Source: an uncultured bacterium (GTDB taxonomy: Bacteria; Krumholzibacteriota; Krumholzibacteriia; LZORAL124-64-63). Taken from it: a stretch of DNA of 64,000 nt. The position numbers were made by a program, and so were the translations under genes. Positions within the stretch are counted from its first letter, which is position 1, and the number at the start of each line of letters is the position of its first letter. Where the stretch lies: positions 1,792,001-1,856,000 of the forward strand of contig CAVSGO010000007.1 of assembly GCA_963727525.1 (NCBI GenBank), written 5' to 3'. The notes under the pieces were generated by a model. It saw only the letters and a list, made by a program, of their open reading frames with translations, was not told where the DNA came from and did no database searches. Of this stretch, positions 36,060-48,192 are shown piece by piece.

Positions 36060-37048
36060 TGGACGCGCAGTGGTGGCAACCCCTGGATGGCGACCGCGTG
36101 GCCTGCGCACTCTGCCCCATCGGCTGCCGGCTGCGCCCTGGACAGGACGGCCCCTGTGGCACGCGCGGCAACCGGCGCGGCCGCATGGCCACGCTCCACT
36201 ACGGCAAGGTCGTCGCCCTCGGTGTCGACCCCATCGAGAAGAAGCCGCTCTACCACTTCCTGCCGGGCAGCCTCGTCCTTTCGGTCGCGGCGCCCGGCTG
36301 CAACATGCACTGCTTGTTCTGCCAGAACTGGGGCATCAGCCAGAAGCACGACGCGGCCACGCGCGACATGTCGCCGCAGCACGTCGTCGACCAGGCCGTG
36401 CGCGCGGGATCGCGTTCGGTGGCCTTCACGTACAGCGAGCCTCTGGTGTGGTACGAGTTCGTGTGCGACACGGCGCAACTCGCCCGCGATGCCGGCCTGC
36501 GCACCGTGATCGTGTCGAACGGATTCCTCAATCGCGAGCCGCTCGCCGCGCTCATCCCGTACATCGACGCCGCCAACATCGACCTCAAGTCGATGGACGA
36601 TGGGTTCTACCGCAAGGTCTGCAAGGCACGCCTGCAGCCGGTGCTCGATACGATCACCGACCTCCACGCGGCCGGCGTCCATCTCGAGATCACGAACCTC
36701 GTGATCCCGGGCCAGAACGACAGCGATGCGGCCATCGCCGCCCTCGCCGACTTCGTCGGCGGCTTGAGCCGTACCATCCCGCTGCATCTTTCGGCCTACC
36801 ACCCGAGCTATCGCTTCGACGCGCCGGCCACGCCGCCGGCCACACTGGCGCACGCCGCCGCTGTTTGCGCGCAGCAGGTCGATCACGTCTACGTGGGCAA
36901 CTGCGATCTGCCGGAGTGGAACGATACCCTATGCCCCCAGTGCGGCGCCACGGTGATCGCGCGCGTGGGGTACCATACGCAGAATCGCCTCACAGCCGAC
37001 GGCCAATGTCCGCGTTGCCGGCACCTCATCGCCTGCGTCGTGACCTGA
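36059..37048 (+). CDS. amrS: AmmeMemoRadiSam-system radical SAM enzyme
   Basis: DPIEKKPLYHFLPG, GCNMHCLFCQNW (CxxxCxxC), FTYSEP, NIDLK, YVGN. Confidence 0.9.
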   Translation: MDAQWWQPLDGDRVACALCPIGCRLRPGQDGPCGTRGNRRGRMATLHYGKVVALGVDPIEKKPLYHFLPGSLVLSVAAPGCNMHCLFCQNWGISQKHDAATRDMSPQHVVDQAVRAGSRSVAFTYSEPLVWYEFVCDTAQLARDAGLRTVIVSNGFLNREPLAALIPYIDAANIDLKSMDDGFYRKVCKARLQPVLDTITDLHAAGVHLEITNLVIPGQNDSDAAIAALADFVGGLSRTIPLHLSAYHPSYRFDAPATPPATLAHAAAVCAQQVDHVYVGNCDLPEWNDTLCPQCGATVIARVGYHTQNRLTADGQCPRCRHLIACVVT

Positions 37049-37056
37049 CGATCGCG

Positions 37057-37413
37057 TCAGGCTTGCGGGTAGGTGCAGGTGACGCGGGTCGTGATGCCCC
37101 CGCGTACGAACCAGTCGCCGGTGACGACCAGGCGGCGCGGCTGCGTGACCGCCACGATGTCGTCGAGGATCTGGTTGGTCACCTTCTCGTGGAATGCCCC
37201 TTCGTCGCGATAGCTCCACAGATACAGCTTCAGCGACTTCAGTTCCACGCACCGCGCGTCCGGCATGTAGGTGATACGGAAATGGGCGAAGTCCGGCTGC
37301 CCCGTCAGCGGGCACAGACAGGTGAACTCGGGACAGTCGAAGGCGATCTCGTAGTCGCGGTCAGGCGCCGGGTTGGAAAACGTCTCCAGCGTGCGCGACG
37401 GCTGCGTGGGCAT
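37057..37413 (-). CDS. queF: NADPH-dependent preQ0 reductase (type I)
   Basis: [32 protein letters not shown]. Confidence 0.95.
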   Translation of the reverse strand: MPTQPSRTLETFSNPAPDRDYEIAFDCPEFTCLCPLTGQPDFAHFRITYMPDARCVELKSLKLYLWSYRDEGAFHEKVTNQILDDIVAVTQPRRLVVTGDWFVRGGITTRVTCTYPQA

Positions 37414-37548
37414 CGGCAAACCTCCTCGGGGTGACAGCCAAGGTAGGGCGCCGCAGAGGCCGTGGCCAGGGGGAGACGCCGGCGCCATGCAGGCGGCCCC
37501 CGGTCGCGAAGACCAGGGGCCGCAGGTGCCGGTCGGGCGGGGCCGCGC

Positions 37549-38739
37549 TCAGCGCAGGCGCTTGCCCGGCAGCTTCTGGGGATACATGGGTTCGTCGTGG
37601 CATCCCTGACAATCGGGTTTGCGCGCGAAGTCGCGGTCATGATGGCAGTCGCCGCAGCTCACCTCCTGGTGGATCTCGTCGAGTTCCACACCGGTAACGC
37701 TGTGGTTGAACGCCCCCTCTTCCCAGTGGATGTGGCAGTTCGTGCAGCGAGGCGACGGCGTACGGAACGCCTTCGGCTCGCCGTGGCAGGTATTGCAGGC
37801 CACCTTGGCGTGGAAAGGCGTCAGCGAGAATTTCGCCGACTCGGCGTGGTGGAACGCCGGCTCCTCCTGCTGCGAGTGGCAGAAGTCACAGTTGCGCTCG
37901 GCGTGACAGGCTCCACATGTCGTGACGTGGTCGACCTTGCGCACGGGAACGGTGGTGGCCGTACCCTTCAGGTTATCATGGCAACGACTGCAGCTCTCGC
38001 CGCGATGGCAGTCGACGCACTTGAGGCCGAACTTCTCCACGTGATCGTTGTGATGGAAGGTCACCACTGGACCCTTGGCGTAGCTCGTCTTGTAGGTGTA
38101 GAACGGCGTCGCCTCGATTTGCGGATGCCGCACGCCCAGAAGATCCGTCTTGTCCGGCTTCGCGGTCACGTGATTCGCTCCCGATTCCGCGTGACAGAAC
38201 TCGCAGGCGTTGTCGTGGCTCCAGTCGAGGTGGCAGTTGATGCACTGCCGGTGATACGCGCCCTTGAGCGATGGCTGCCGGAGGTCCATCGCCGCCGGGG
38301 CCGGATCATGGCAATCGCGACAGGGCGGAATCGTTCCCGATTGCTCCGAGTAATGGTGGCAGTTCTCGCAGCCGCCGGTCATCGCCGACATCTGCGCGTG
38401 CAGGCGATGCGCGAACACGACCGGTTCGTAGAGCTTGGAGAGCTGATCGATCACGACGACCTCCGGCCCCTCTTCCAGCTTGTGCGTGCCCACGAAACTA
38501 TCCTTGTGCCGGGGACAGGTGCCCATGCAGGGATCGTCGGCCGTGGGATTGTCGCACTGGTGGCACTCGGCGCAGGCCAGCGACGTGTTCACGTGTGACG
38601 ACGGAACGGCCTCCCGGGGATGGGCCGGGTCCATCACCTGGCCAGCCGCCGTTGCGGCCAGCACGGTCACGCCGACGGCGACGAGCAGGGACAGGAACCG
38701 GGTGCGGTTCTCGGGGCAGCAAAACTGCACGTCACGCAT
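37549..38739 (-). CDS. Periplasmic multiheme cytochrome c (13 CxxCH, cytochrome c3-like modules)
   Basis: Signal peptide; 13 CxxCH counted; FxH-type distal His motifs (VFAHRLH, TFHHNDH, FNH). Confidence 0.9.
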   Translation of the reverse strand: MRDVQFCCPENRTRFLSLLVAVGVTVLAATAAGQVMDPAHPREAVPSSHVNTSLACAECHQCDNPTADDPCMGTCPRHKDSFVGTHKLEEGPEVVVIDQLSKLYEPVVFAHRLHAQMSAMTGGCENCHHYSEQSGTIPPCRDCHDPAPAAMDLRQPSLKGAYHRQCINCHLDWSHDNACEFCHAESGANHVTAKPDKTDLLGVRHPQIEATPFYTYKTSYAKGPVVTFHHNDHVEKFGLKCVDCHRGESCSRCHDNLKGTATTVPVRKVDHVTTCGACHAERNCDFCHSQQEEPAFHHAESAKFSLTPFHAKVACNTCHGEPKAFRTPSPRCTNCHIHWEEGAFNHSVTGVELDEIHQEVSCGDCHHDRDFARKPDCQGCHDEPMYPQKLPGKRLR

Positions 38740-40033
38740 GGTCGGCTCCTTCTTCGACTGGCAGCACGGGGAACACGAACACGAACAGCCGGTACAGTAG
38801 TGTCAGCAGGGAGATGAAGCCGACGGTCAGCACGATCTCGGTCCACCGCGGGATGTAGGGGCCGGTGGCGAACGGCGGGTGGTAGGCGATGATGAACACG
38901 TCGAAACGGTTGAGCGCCACGCCGAAGACCACCATGGCCGCCGCCGCGAAGAGCCAGCCGGGATGACGACGCAGGCGGTGGCTCAGGAAGATCGCCCACG
39001 GGATCACGATGCCCACGATCAGCTCGATCCAGTACATCGTGCTCTGCAGCGACCCCTCGAAGAGGTAATGCCAGGCGTTGCGGTTCACGAGGTCGATGAC
39101 CTTGGCCGCGAAGTAGACCGTCAGCAGGAAGGGGATCAGTCTTGCCAGCGGACTGAGCACCTTCATCTCGTAGGGACGTTTCAGCGAGCGCGACGCCAGG
39201 AGCGACTCGAAGACCACCATCGACAGGCCCACGGCGAAGGCCGACAGCAGGAAGAACAGCGAAAGGACCTTGGTGTGCCAGAGCGGATGCAGCTTGGTCG
39301 GCGCGAGCACCATGAGCGTACCCAGCGACGACTGGTGTGCACATGAAAGCACGACACCCATGATCACGAAGAACCCGATGACCTTGCTAAGGGTCTTGTC
39401 GATCAGGCGCAGCAGACCATCGAGAGGACGGTTCAGCACGCGCAGCGCGCCGGGCAGGTTCACCCGGCCGATGAACCGCTCGCAGACGATCGGCAGGAAC
39501 TCGATGTACAGCACTGTGAGATAGCAGCACACGCACATACCGACCTCGAAGAGCGCCGAATTGCCCTGCCACATGGACGGCACGAGCACGTGCCAGATGT
39601 TGTAGTAGCGGCCCAGATCGACCACCACGCCCAGCGCCACGAAGGTGTAGCCGAGCATCGCCGTCAGCAGCGCAGGCCGCACGATCGCCTCGTAACGATC
39701 GTTGTGCAGGATGTGCGCCACGAAGGCGCTCGTGAAGCCGCCGGCCGCGAGGGCCACGCCCGTCGCCACGTCGATTCCGATCCAGATGCCCCAGGGGTAC
39801 TGGTTGTTGAGATTCGTGACGGCGCCGAGACCGGCGAAGAGGCGGTAGATCAGCACGGCGATGCCCGCGGCCGCGAGCACCGCGAGCACCATGACGCCGG
39901 GCGTGAAGAAGGGCACCGCGGAGCGCCCGAACAGGGGTGCGGCGTGTTCGTGGTGCGGAGCGTGTGTCGCCGCACGGGGTGCGACGGCTCCGTCGAGGAC
40001 GGCGGCACCGCCCCGGGACGTGGCGCTAGACAT
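38732..40033 (-). CDS. NrfD/HybB-family integral membrane quinol oxidoreductase subunit
   Basis: PWGIWIG.D, ALAAGGF, DLGR, SALFEV, HQSSLG, LHPLW; many TM helices. Confidence 0.9.
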   Translation of the reverse strand: MSSATSRGGAAVLDGAVAPRAATHAPHHEHAAPLFGRSAVPFFTPGVMVLAVLAAAGIAVLIYRLFAGLGAVTNLNNQYPWGIWIGIDVATGVALAAGGFTSAFVAHILHNDRYEAIVRPALLTAMLGYTFVALGVVVDLGRYYNIWHVLVPSMWQGNSALFEVGMCVCCYLTVLYIEFLPIVCERFIGRVNLPGALRVLNRPLDGLLRLIDKTLSKVIGFFVIMGVVLSCAHQSSLGTLMVLAPTKLHPLWHTKVLSLFFLLSAFAVGLSMVVFESLLASRSLKRPYEMKVLSPLARLIPFLLTVYFAAKVIDLVNRNAWHYLFEGSLQSTMYWIELIVGIVIPWAIFLSHRLRRHPGWLFAAAAMVVFGVALNRFDVFIIAYHPPFATGPYIPRWTEIVLTVGFISLLTLLYRLFVFVFPVLPVEEGADHA

Positions 40034-40934
40034 CGGAGTCCTCCTTTTCACGGCGCCGGTCACTCGAAGACTTCATCAGGACGGTCAGCAGGCCTAGGAG
40101 CATCAACGGACCGGTGAACCCCTTGAAGATGCCGTGCTGGATCCGCTCGGTCACCTCGTTGGGACTCTCGTCCGATACACCCGGGAAGCCGGCTTCCTGG
40201 AAGTCACGGTCCGCGAGGTAGAGCCAGGAGGTCCCGCCCACCTCGTGCTCGCCGTAGATGTGGGAAACGTAGCGCTCGGGATAGTTGCGCAGGCGCTGAT
40301 TCGCGAGTTCGACCAGCTCATCTCGCCGGCCGAATACCAGTGCCTCGCGCGGACAGATTTCCACGCACGCCGGCAACCCGCCCTCGAGAGTCCTCTCGGC
40401 GCAGAGAGTGCACTTCATCACCTTGGGCGTGAGCGCGTTCTGGAACTCGTACGCGGGGATCTGGAATGGGCAGGCCACCATGCAGTAGCGGCAGCCGATG
40501 CACTTTCCGGCGTCGTACGTCACGGGGCCTCGGTCGTTCTTCTGCAGAGCGCCCACGATGCAGGCCGAAACGCAGGCCGGGTGCTCGCAATGCAGGCAGT
40601 TCACCTTCACGTCCACCTTCTTGGCGTGCGTGGCATCCTCGGGATACCGGTTGACCACCGTGAAGGCCTGGGCGTCGGGGCGCCGCATATGCTGGAATAC
40701 GCCGGTGTCGTCGTACGCCTCGAGGTCGCCATGGGGCAGGCCGTTCTGGCGCGCGCAGGCCCACTCGCAGCGGCGGCAGCCGATGCAGAGCGTGGTATCC
40801 ACGAGCACGCCGAACCGATCGGGCGCAAGCTCGTGGTGCGTGGCCGCGGAGGCCACCGATGCGCTCGTCACGGCGATGGCGGCTGTCCCCGTCGCTGTGC
40901 CGGCGAGCTTGAGGAAATCTCGACGACTGACCAT
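40026..40934 (-). CDS. HybA/HmcB-like Tat-exported 4x[4Fe-4S] protein with a C-terminal anchor
   Basis: SRRDFLK Tat motif; CIGCRRCEWAC, CLHCEHPACVSAC, CIGCRYCMVAC, KCTLC...PACVEIC, IYGEHEVGGT. Confidence 0.92.
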   Translation of the reverse strand: MVSRRDFLKLAGTATGTAAIAVTSASVASAATHHELAPDRFGVLVDTTLCIGCRRCEWACARQNGLPHGDLEAYDDTGVFQHMRRPDAQAFTVVNRYPEDATHAKKVDVKVNCLHCEHPACVSACIVGALQKNDRGPVTYDAGKCIGCRYCMVACPFQIPAYEFQNALTPKVMKCTLCAERTLEGGLPACVEICPREALVFGRRDELVELANQRLRNYPERYVSHIYGEHEVGGTSWLYLADRDFQEAGFPGVSDESPNEVTERIQHGIFKGFTGPLMLLGLLTVLMKSSSDRRREKEDSDV

Positions 40935-40944
40935 GCTAGCCTCC

Positions 40945-41547
40945 TCACTCGCACCGGGGGAGCGGCCGTTCGGCCTCCCCGCCGGGATGATCGACCGACG
41001 TTCCTGACGGATCTTGACGGCGGGCACACGTACCCAGGAATTCCTCGACGACGCAGTGGTCGTCCTCGCGCGCCACGCAATGCCAGCACGCGGACTCCGC
41101 GCATGCCTGCCCCACGAGCGCGCAGCGGATCAACCGCTGCATGAAGCTCAGGAGCAGGGTCTTCTCGTCGGCCTCGAATCCAGCGAACAGCGCGTCCGCA
41201 CGTGCGGCCGCCAGCTCCGCATACTTGGCCACGAAGGCGCGCCCGGGCTCGAGCAGACACACGCGCTGGCTACGCCGGTCTTCCGGGCTGGGGACGCGTT
41301 GCACGAATCCGAGTTGCTGGAGGTGGTCCACGTTCTTGCTCGCCGCGGAATTGCTGATACCGAGGGCCAGCGCGATTTTCCCGATCGGGAAACATCCATG
41401 CGGCCCCACGACGCGGAGCATCGTGACCTGATTGCGCGACAACGAGGCGTCGGTGGCAGAGAGCGCCAGATCCGGCACGCAGCCCTCCCCCAAGACCTGC
41501 GACAGGATCCGGAGGTTCTGACCGAGTGCGCGGGTGACGGCGTCCAT
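40945..41547 (-). CDS. MarR-family regulator with a Cys-rich C-terminus
   Basis: Winged HTH (LGISNSAASKNVDHL..LGFVQR...DRR); C-terminal C-x6-C-x4-CxxC-x7-C-x8-C. Confidence 0.8.
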   Translation of the reverse strand: MDAVTRALGQNLRILSQVLGEGCVPDLALSATDASLSRNQVTMLRVVGPHGCFPIGKIALALGISNSAASKNVDHLQQLGFVQRVPSPEDRRSQRVCLLEPGRAFVAKYAELAAARADALFAGFEADEKTLLLSFMQRLIRCALVGQACAESACWHCVAREDDHCVVEEFLGTCARRQDPSGTSVDHPGGEAERPLPRCE

Positions 41548-41558
41548 CGCTTAACCTC

Positions 41559-41572
41559 GTTAAATGTTTAAC
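41559..41572. promoter_or_regulatory. Candidate MarR operator 1
   Basis: Palindrome GTTAAA-TG-TTTAAC next to the marR RBS. Confidence 0.55.
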
Positions 41573-41765
41573 CAAGAAAATATTCGGCCGCTCTCGGAAT
41601 GAAATCAAGAAAATTCCTTGTTATCGACTGGGAGGCGCGGATAGCGTCGGCGTGATCGGAAACTTTGAGGAATTCTTGATGAATTTAATTTTTCTGAGGA
41701 AAACATCTATTATCCATTAAAATAATAGGTTACACCACTCGCAGCTGATTTTCGAATATCCCACC

Positions 41766-41783
41766 ATGTCAATATATTAACAT
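41766..41783. promoter_or_regulatory. Candidate MarR operator 2
   Basis: Near-perfect 18-bp palindrome ATGTCAATATATTAACAT with the same GTYAA-N4-TTAAC core as site 1. Confidence 0.5.
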
Positions 41784-41838
41784 CAATCGCACCCCTCACC
41801 GAACCTCCGGAGATCGTCCGCCCTGCCCTGCGGCAAGG

Positions 41839-42564
41839 TCAGACCTCCAGGCTGTCCCCATGGTCATCGAGCCAGGCCATGTGCGCGTCGTGGTCCGGGC
41901 AGTGGCGGCGTACGAGCCCGCGGAAGCGCGGTCCGTGATTGTGGTGCCGGAGGTGGCAGAGTTCGTGCACGATCACGGCGTCGGCCACCGCGGGGAGCGC
42001 CATCACGAGCCGGTAGCATAGGGAGATGGTCCCGCTCGTCGAGCAACTCCCCCAGCGAGTCACCCGTTCCCCCACCACCACCCGCGCCGGACGCAGCCCC
42101 GTCGATGCCGCCAGCGCCTCCACCCGGGCGCGTAGGGACACCCCGGCCAGATGGCGCAGCCAGCGGATGATCGCCGGACGCGGATCGAGCACCTCTTGCG
42201 GGGGCAAGCTGAGGTGCAAGACGTCAGCTGTCAGGTCGGCGACCGGCCGGACCCGTCCCGGCGGCAGGACCGTCAGGACGAGCCGCCGCGCGCGACCGAA
42301 GATCAACAGCGTGCTTCCGGTCCCGTAGGAGCGCCTCACGGGTCCGTCCCACACGCGATATCGCTCCACCTGCTTCACGAGCCAGGCGGTCGCCTCGCTG
42401 AAGAGACGTTCCACATCCGCACGTGTGGCGCTGCGCGGCATGACAACCTCGACCCCGTCGCGGGCATTCACGGACACGCCCAGGCGACGAGCGCGCGTAC
42501 TGCGGCGCACCCGGTAGCGAAGCCGGCGTCCAGCCAGGAGACGGTCTTCGAGTCGATCAGGCAT
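41839..42564 (-). CDS. YgjP/DUF45-like (M48-like) metal-dependent hydrolase
   Basis: RWGSCS, VHELCH...NHGPRF. Confidence 0.85.
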   Translation of the reverse strand: MPDRLEDRLLAGRRLRYRVRRSTRARRLGVSVNARDGVEVVMPRSATRADVERLFSEATAWLVKQVERYRVWDGPVRRSYGTGSTLLIFGRARRLVLTVLPPGRVRPVADLTADVLHLSLPPQEVLDPRPAIIRWLRHLAGVSLRARVEALAASTGLRPARVVVGERVTRWGSCSTSGTISLCYRLVMALPAVADAVIVHELCHLRHHNHGPRFRGLVRRHCPDHDAHMAWLDDHGDSLEV

Positions 42565-42743
42565 GCTCTGGATATCCGGTGAAGAGTGGCGACCCCTGCA
42601 GTATGGCGATCCGGGGGCCTCCAGAAAAGCCTGGAGTTGGAGAGACACGAAGTAGGCAACCCAATGAGCTGCTGGCATCGCTGGCGCAGCGCCGATGTCT
42701 GCGCTAGGCTGGCGGGAACGACCGCAACCAGGGGGCGATCGCG

Positions 42744-43502
42744 ATGCTTTTCTTCAGGCGGCGCAAGCGTCGGAAACTCCTGCAGCAGACGCTCATACCG
42801 GAGCAGGATGCCATTCTGCGCGCCCGCGTTCCGCTCTATGCCCGGCTCCCCGCAGACGTCCGGATGCGCCTCGCCGGCCCCACGCAGGTCCTGCTGGCGG
42901 AGAAGCACTTCGAGGGATGCCGCGGCCTGGACGTCACCGACACCATGTCCCTGATGATCGCCGCGCAGGCGGCGCTCCTGCAGCTCCGTCCCGGAGCCGA
43001 CCATTACCCGGCGCTGGACACGATCCTGGTCTATCCGGACACCTTCGTCGTCGATCACCCCCGCGAGGACGAGCACGGATTCGTCACCGTCGGCGAGGAC
43101 GAGCTGGCCGGGGAGTCGTGGCAACGAGGCGTGGTGATCTTGAGCTGGCGCGACATCGAACGCGACCTCGGCCCGCGCGCCGAGGGCACCAACGTCGTGC
43201 TGCACGAGTTCGCGCACCAGCTCGACGACGAGAACGACCGTGCCGAGGGAGCCCCGCGGTTGCCGGCCGCGCTGGTCCCGCGCTGGGCCGAGGCCTTCGG
43301 CGAGGCCTACACGCGCCACCGGCGCCGCGTGGCGCGCGGCCGGGAGGTGCTCTTCGACGCCGACGCCGCGGAAGACCCGGCGGAGTTCTTCGCCACGGCG
43401 GTCGAGCTATTCTTCACCGCGCCCAGGGCGCTGCGGGAGGAATTCGGAGCTGTGTCCGAGGTGCTGGCCCTCTACCTCGCCGTCGACCCCGGCGGCTGGT
43501 AG
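42744..43502 (+). CDS. M90-family zinc peptidase (MtfA-like)
   Basis: ILVYP, GESW, NVVLHEFAHQLD, EFFA. Confidence 0.88.
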   Translation: MLFFRRRKRRKLLQQTLIPEQDAILRARVPLYARLPADVRMRLAGPTQVLLAEKHFEGCRGLDVTDTMSLMIAAQAALLQLRPGADHYPALDTILVYPDTFVVDHPREDEHGFVTVGEDELAGESWQRGVVILSWRDIERDLGPRAEGTNVVLHEFAHQLDDENDRAEGAPRLPAALVPRWAEAFGEAYTRHRRRVARGREVLFDADAAEDPAEFFATAVELFFTAPRALREEFGAVSEVLALYLAVDPGGW

Positions 43503-43503
43503 G

Positions 43504-46285
<2,782 letters not shown>

Positions 46286-46462
46286 GGGCGCAAAAGTACT
46301 TGGCCCCCCCGGACCTGTCAATCGCACCACCCGGGCGGCGCGGCGCGCGCATTTCCGGTGGCGTCCCCGGGGGTGCACGGTGTATCATCCCCCTAGCCCC
46401 CGCCTCTGCGGCGGGGCGTCCGCGCCGCAACCAGATCGGATGGGTGCCTGCGGGAGGATCCC

Positions 46463-47746
46463 TTGCTCGAGAATATCGTGTCGCTGCTCGGCGTGGCCGT
46501 GCTGATCGCGCTGGCCTGGGTGCTGAGCAACAACCACCGCCGGTTCCCGTTCAGGGTGGTCGCCTGGGGGCTCGCGCTCCAGCTCACCTTCGCCCTGATC
46601 CTGCTGCGCACCGGCTGGGGCCACGCCGTGTTCGATTGGGCGCGGGGGGCAGTGGTACGCCTCCTCAGCTTCACCGACCCCGGGGCCGAATTCGTGTTCG
46701 GGCCCCTGTTTCGCACCAGCCCCGATTTCGTCGCCCATCTCGGTTCCGGGGCTACCTGGTGGCAGGGCGTGGACCCGGCCACCGGGCAGCCGGTCACCCT
46801 GGGCCTGATCTTCGCGATCCACGTGCTGCCCATCATCATCTTCTTCTGCAGCCTCATGGCCGTGCTCTATCACCTGGGCGTGATGCAGCGGCTCATCCAG
46901 GGCATCGCCTGGATCATGCAGCGCACCATGCGCACCGGGGGCGCCGAGACCCTGAGCGTGGCGGCCAATATCTTCGTGGGCCAGACGGAAGCGCCGGTGG
47001 TCATCCAACCGTTCCTGCGGACGATGAGCCAGAGCGAGCTGATGGCGGTGATGACCGGCGGATTCGCCACCATCGCCGGCAGCGTCATGGCGGCTTACGT
47101 GCGCTTCGGCGTGGACGCCGGCCATCTGCTGGCCGCCAGCGTGATGTCGGCTCCGGCCGCCCTGGTGATGGCCAAGATCATGTACCCGGAAACCGACCCG
47201 GCGGCGAGCACCCGGACGGTGCAGTTGACGGCCACCAGGGAGTACAGCAACGTTCTCGAGGCCGCGGCCGGGGGCGCCACGGTCGGGGTCAAGCTGGCGG
47301 CGAACGTGGCCGGCATGCTCATCGCGTTCCTGGCGCTCGTGACGATGATCAACTACGTTTTGGGCTGGGTCGGCACTTCGCTCCAGCAGATCTTCGGATT
47401 CGTGTTCGCGCCCTTGGCCTGGACCATGGGCGTACCCTGGAGCGAAGCGCGCACCTTCGGCGACCTGCTCGGCACCAAGCTGGCCATCAACGAGTTTGTG
47501 GCGTACATCCAGCTATCCGGTGCCGCCCATGCCGGGACCCTGTCCCCGCGCAGCGTCGTCATCGGGACCTATGCCCTGTGTGGGTTCGCCAATTTCAGCA
47601 GCCTGGCGATTCAGATCGGCGGTATCGGCGCCTTGGTGCCGGAACGCCGCGCCGACCTCTCGCGGCTGGGTTTGCGGGCCATGTTCGCCGGCGCGTTCGC
47701 GTCCTGGCTGACGGCCTGCATCGCTGGAATCCTGACCCCCGTGTGA
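46463..47746 (+). CDS. nupC: CNT-family (NupC) nucleoside transporter
   Basis: NIFVGQTEAP, GFATIAGSV, KLAINEFVAY, YALCGFANFSS. Confidence 0.92.
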   Translation: MLENIVSLLGVAVLIALAWVLSNNHRRFPFRVVAWGLALQLTFALILLRTGWGHAVFDWARGAVVRLLSFTDPGAEFVFGPLFRTSPDFVAHLGSGATWWQGVDPATGQPVTLGLIFAIHVLPIIIFFCSLMAVLYHLGVMQRLIQGIAWIMQRTMRTGGAETLSVAANIFVGQTEAPVVIQPFLRTMSQSELMAVMTGGFATIAGSVMAAYVRFGVDAGHLLAASVMSAPAALVMAKIMYPETDPAASTRTVQLTATREYSNVLEAAAGGATVGVKLAANVAGMLIAFLALVTMINYVLGWVGTSLQQIFGFVFAPLAWTMGVPWSEARTFGDLLGTKLAINEFVAYIQLSGAAHAGTLSPRSVVIGTYALCGFANFSSLAIQIGGIGALVPERRADLSRLGLRAMFAGAFASWLTACIAGILTPV

Positions 47747-47763
47747 CGGGAGTGAACCGCAGC

Positions 47764-48192
47764 ATGAGCCGGATCAAGCTTGAACCGCGTACGGCGTACG
47801 AGTTCGTCGTCGCCATCACGGTGCGCACCACCGACCTCAACTACGGTGGCCATCTCGCCAATGACCGCATGCTGGCGCTGCTGCACGAGGCTCGCGTGGC
47901 CTTTCTCGGCACCTACGGCTGGAGCGAGATGGACATGGCCGGTGCGAGCACGATCATGACTGACGCCGCCGTCGTCTTTCGGGCCGAGGCCTTCGCCGGC
48001 GAGGAGCTGCGCATCGAGGTGGCCGCTTATGACGCCGAGCGCGCCGGCTTCCGCCTATCCTATCGAGTCACCCGCGCGTCCGACCAGGTGCTGGTCGCGC
48101 TCGCGGAATCCGGACACGCCTGCTTCGACTACGCCAGCCGTCAGGTCGTCCCCCTTCCCAACCCCATTCGCGAGATCTGTCAGGAGACATGA
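47764..48192 (+). CDS. Hot-dog-fold thioesterase family protein
   Basis: VRTTDLNYGGHLAN...HEAR. Confidence 0.85.
   Translation: MSRIKLEPRTAYEFVVAITVRTTDLNYGGHLANDRMLALLHEARVAFLGTYGWSEMDMAGASTIMTDAAVVFRAEAFAGEELRIEVAAYDAERAGFRLSYRVTRASDQVLVALAESGHACFDYASRQVVPLPNPIREICQET

Noticed and set aside
37549-40934. Hydrogenase-2 (hyb) operon
   Set aside because: HybA- and HybB-like subunits are present, but no NiFe large or small subunit and no maturation genes.
42565-42743. Possible riboswitch or sRNA in the divergent intergenic region
   Set aside because: Only short hairpins are present and I recognise no aptamer consensus.
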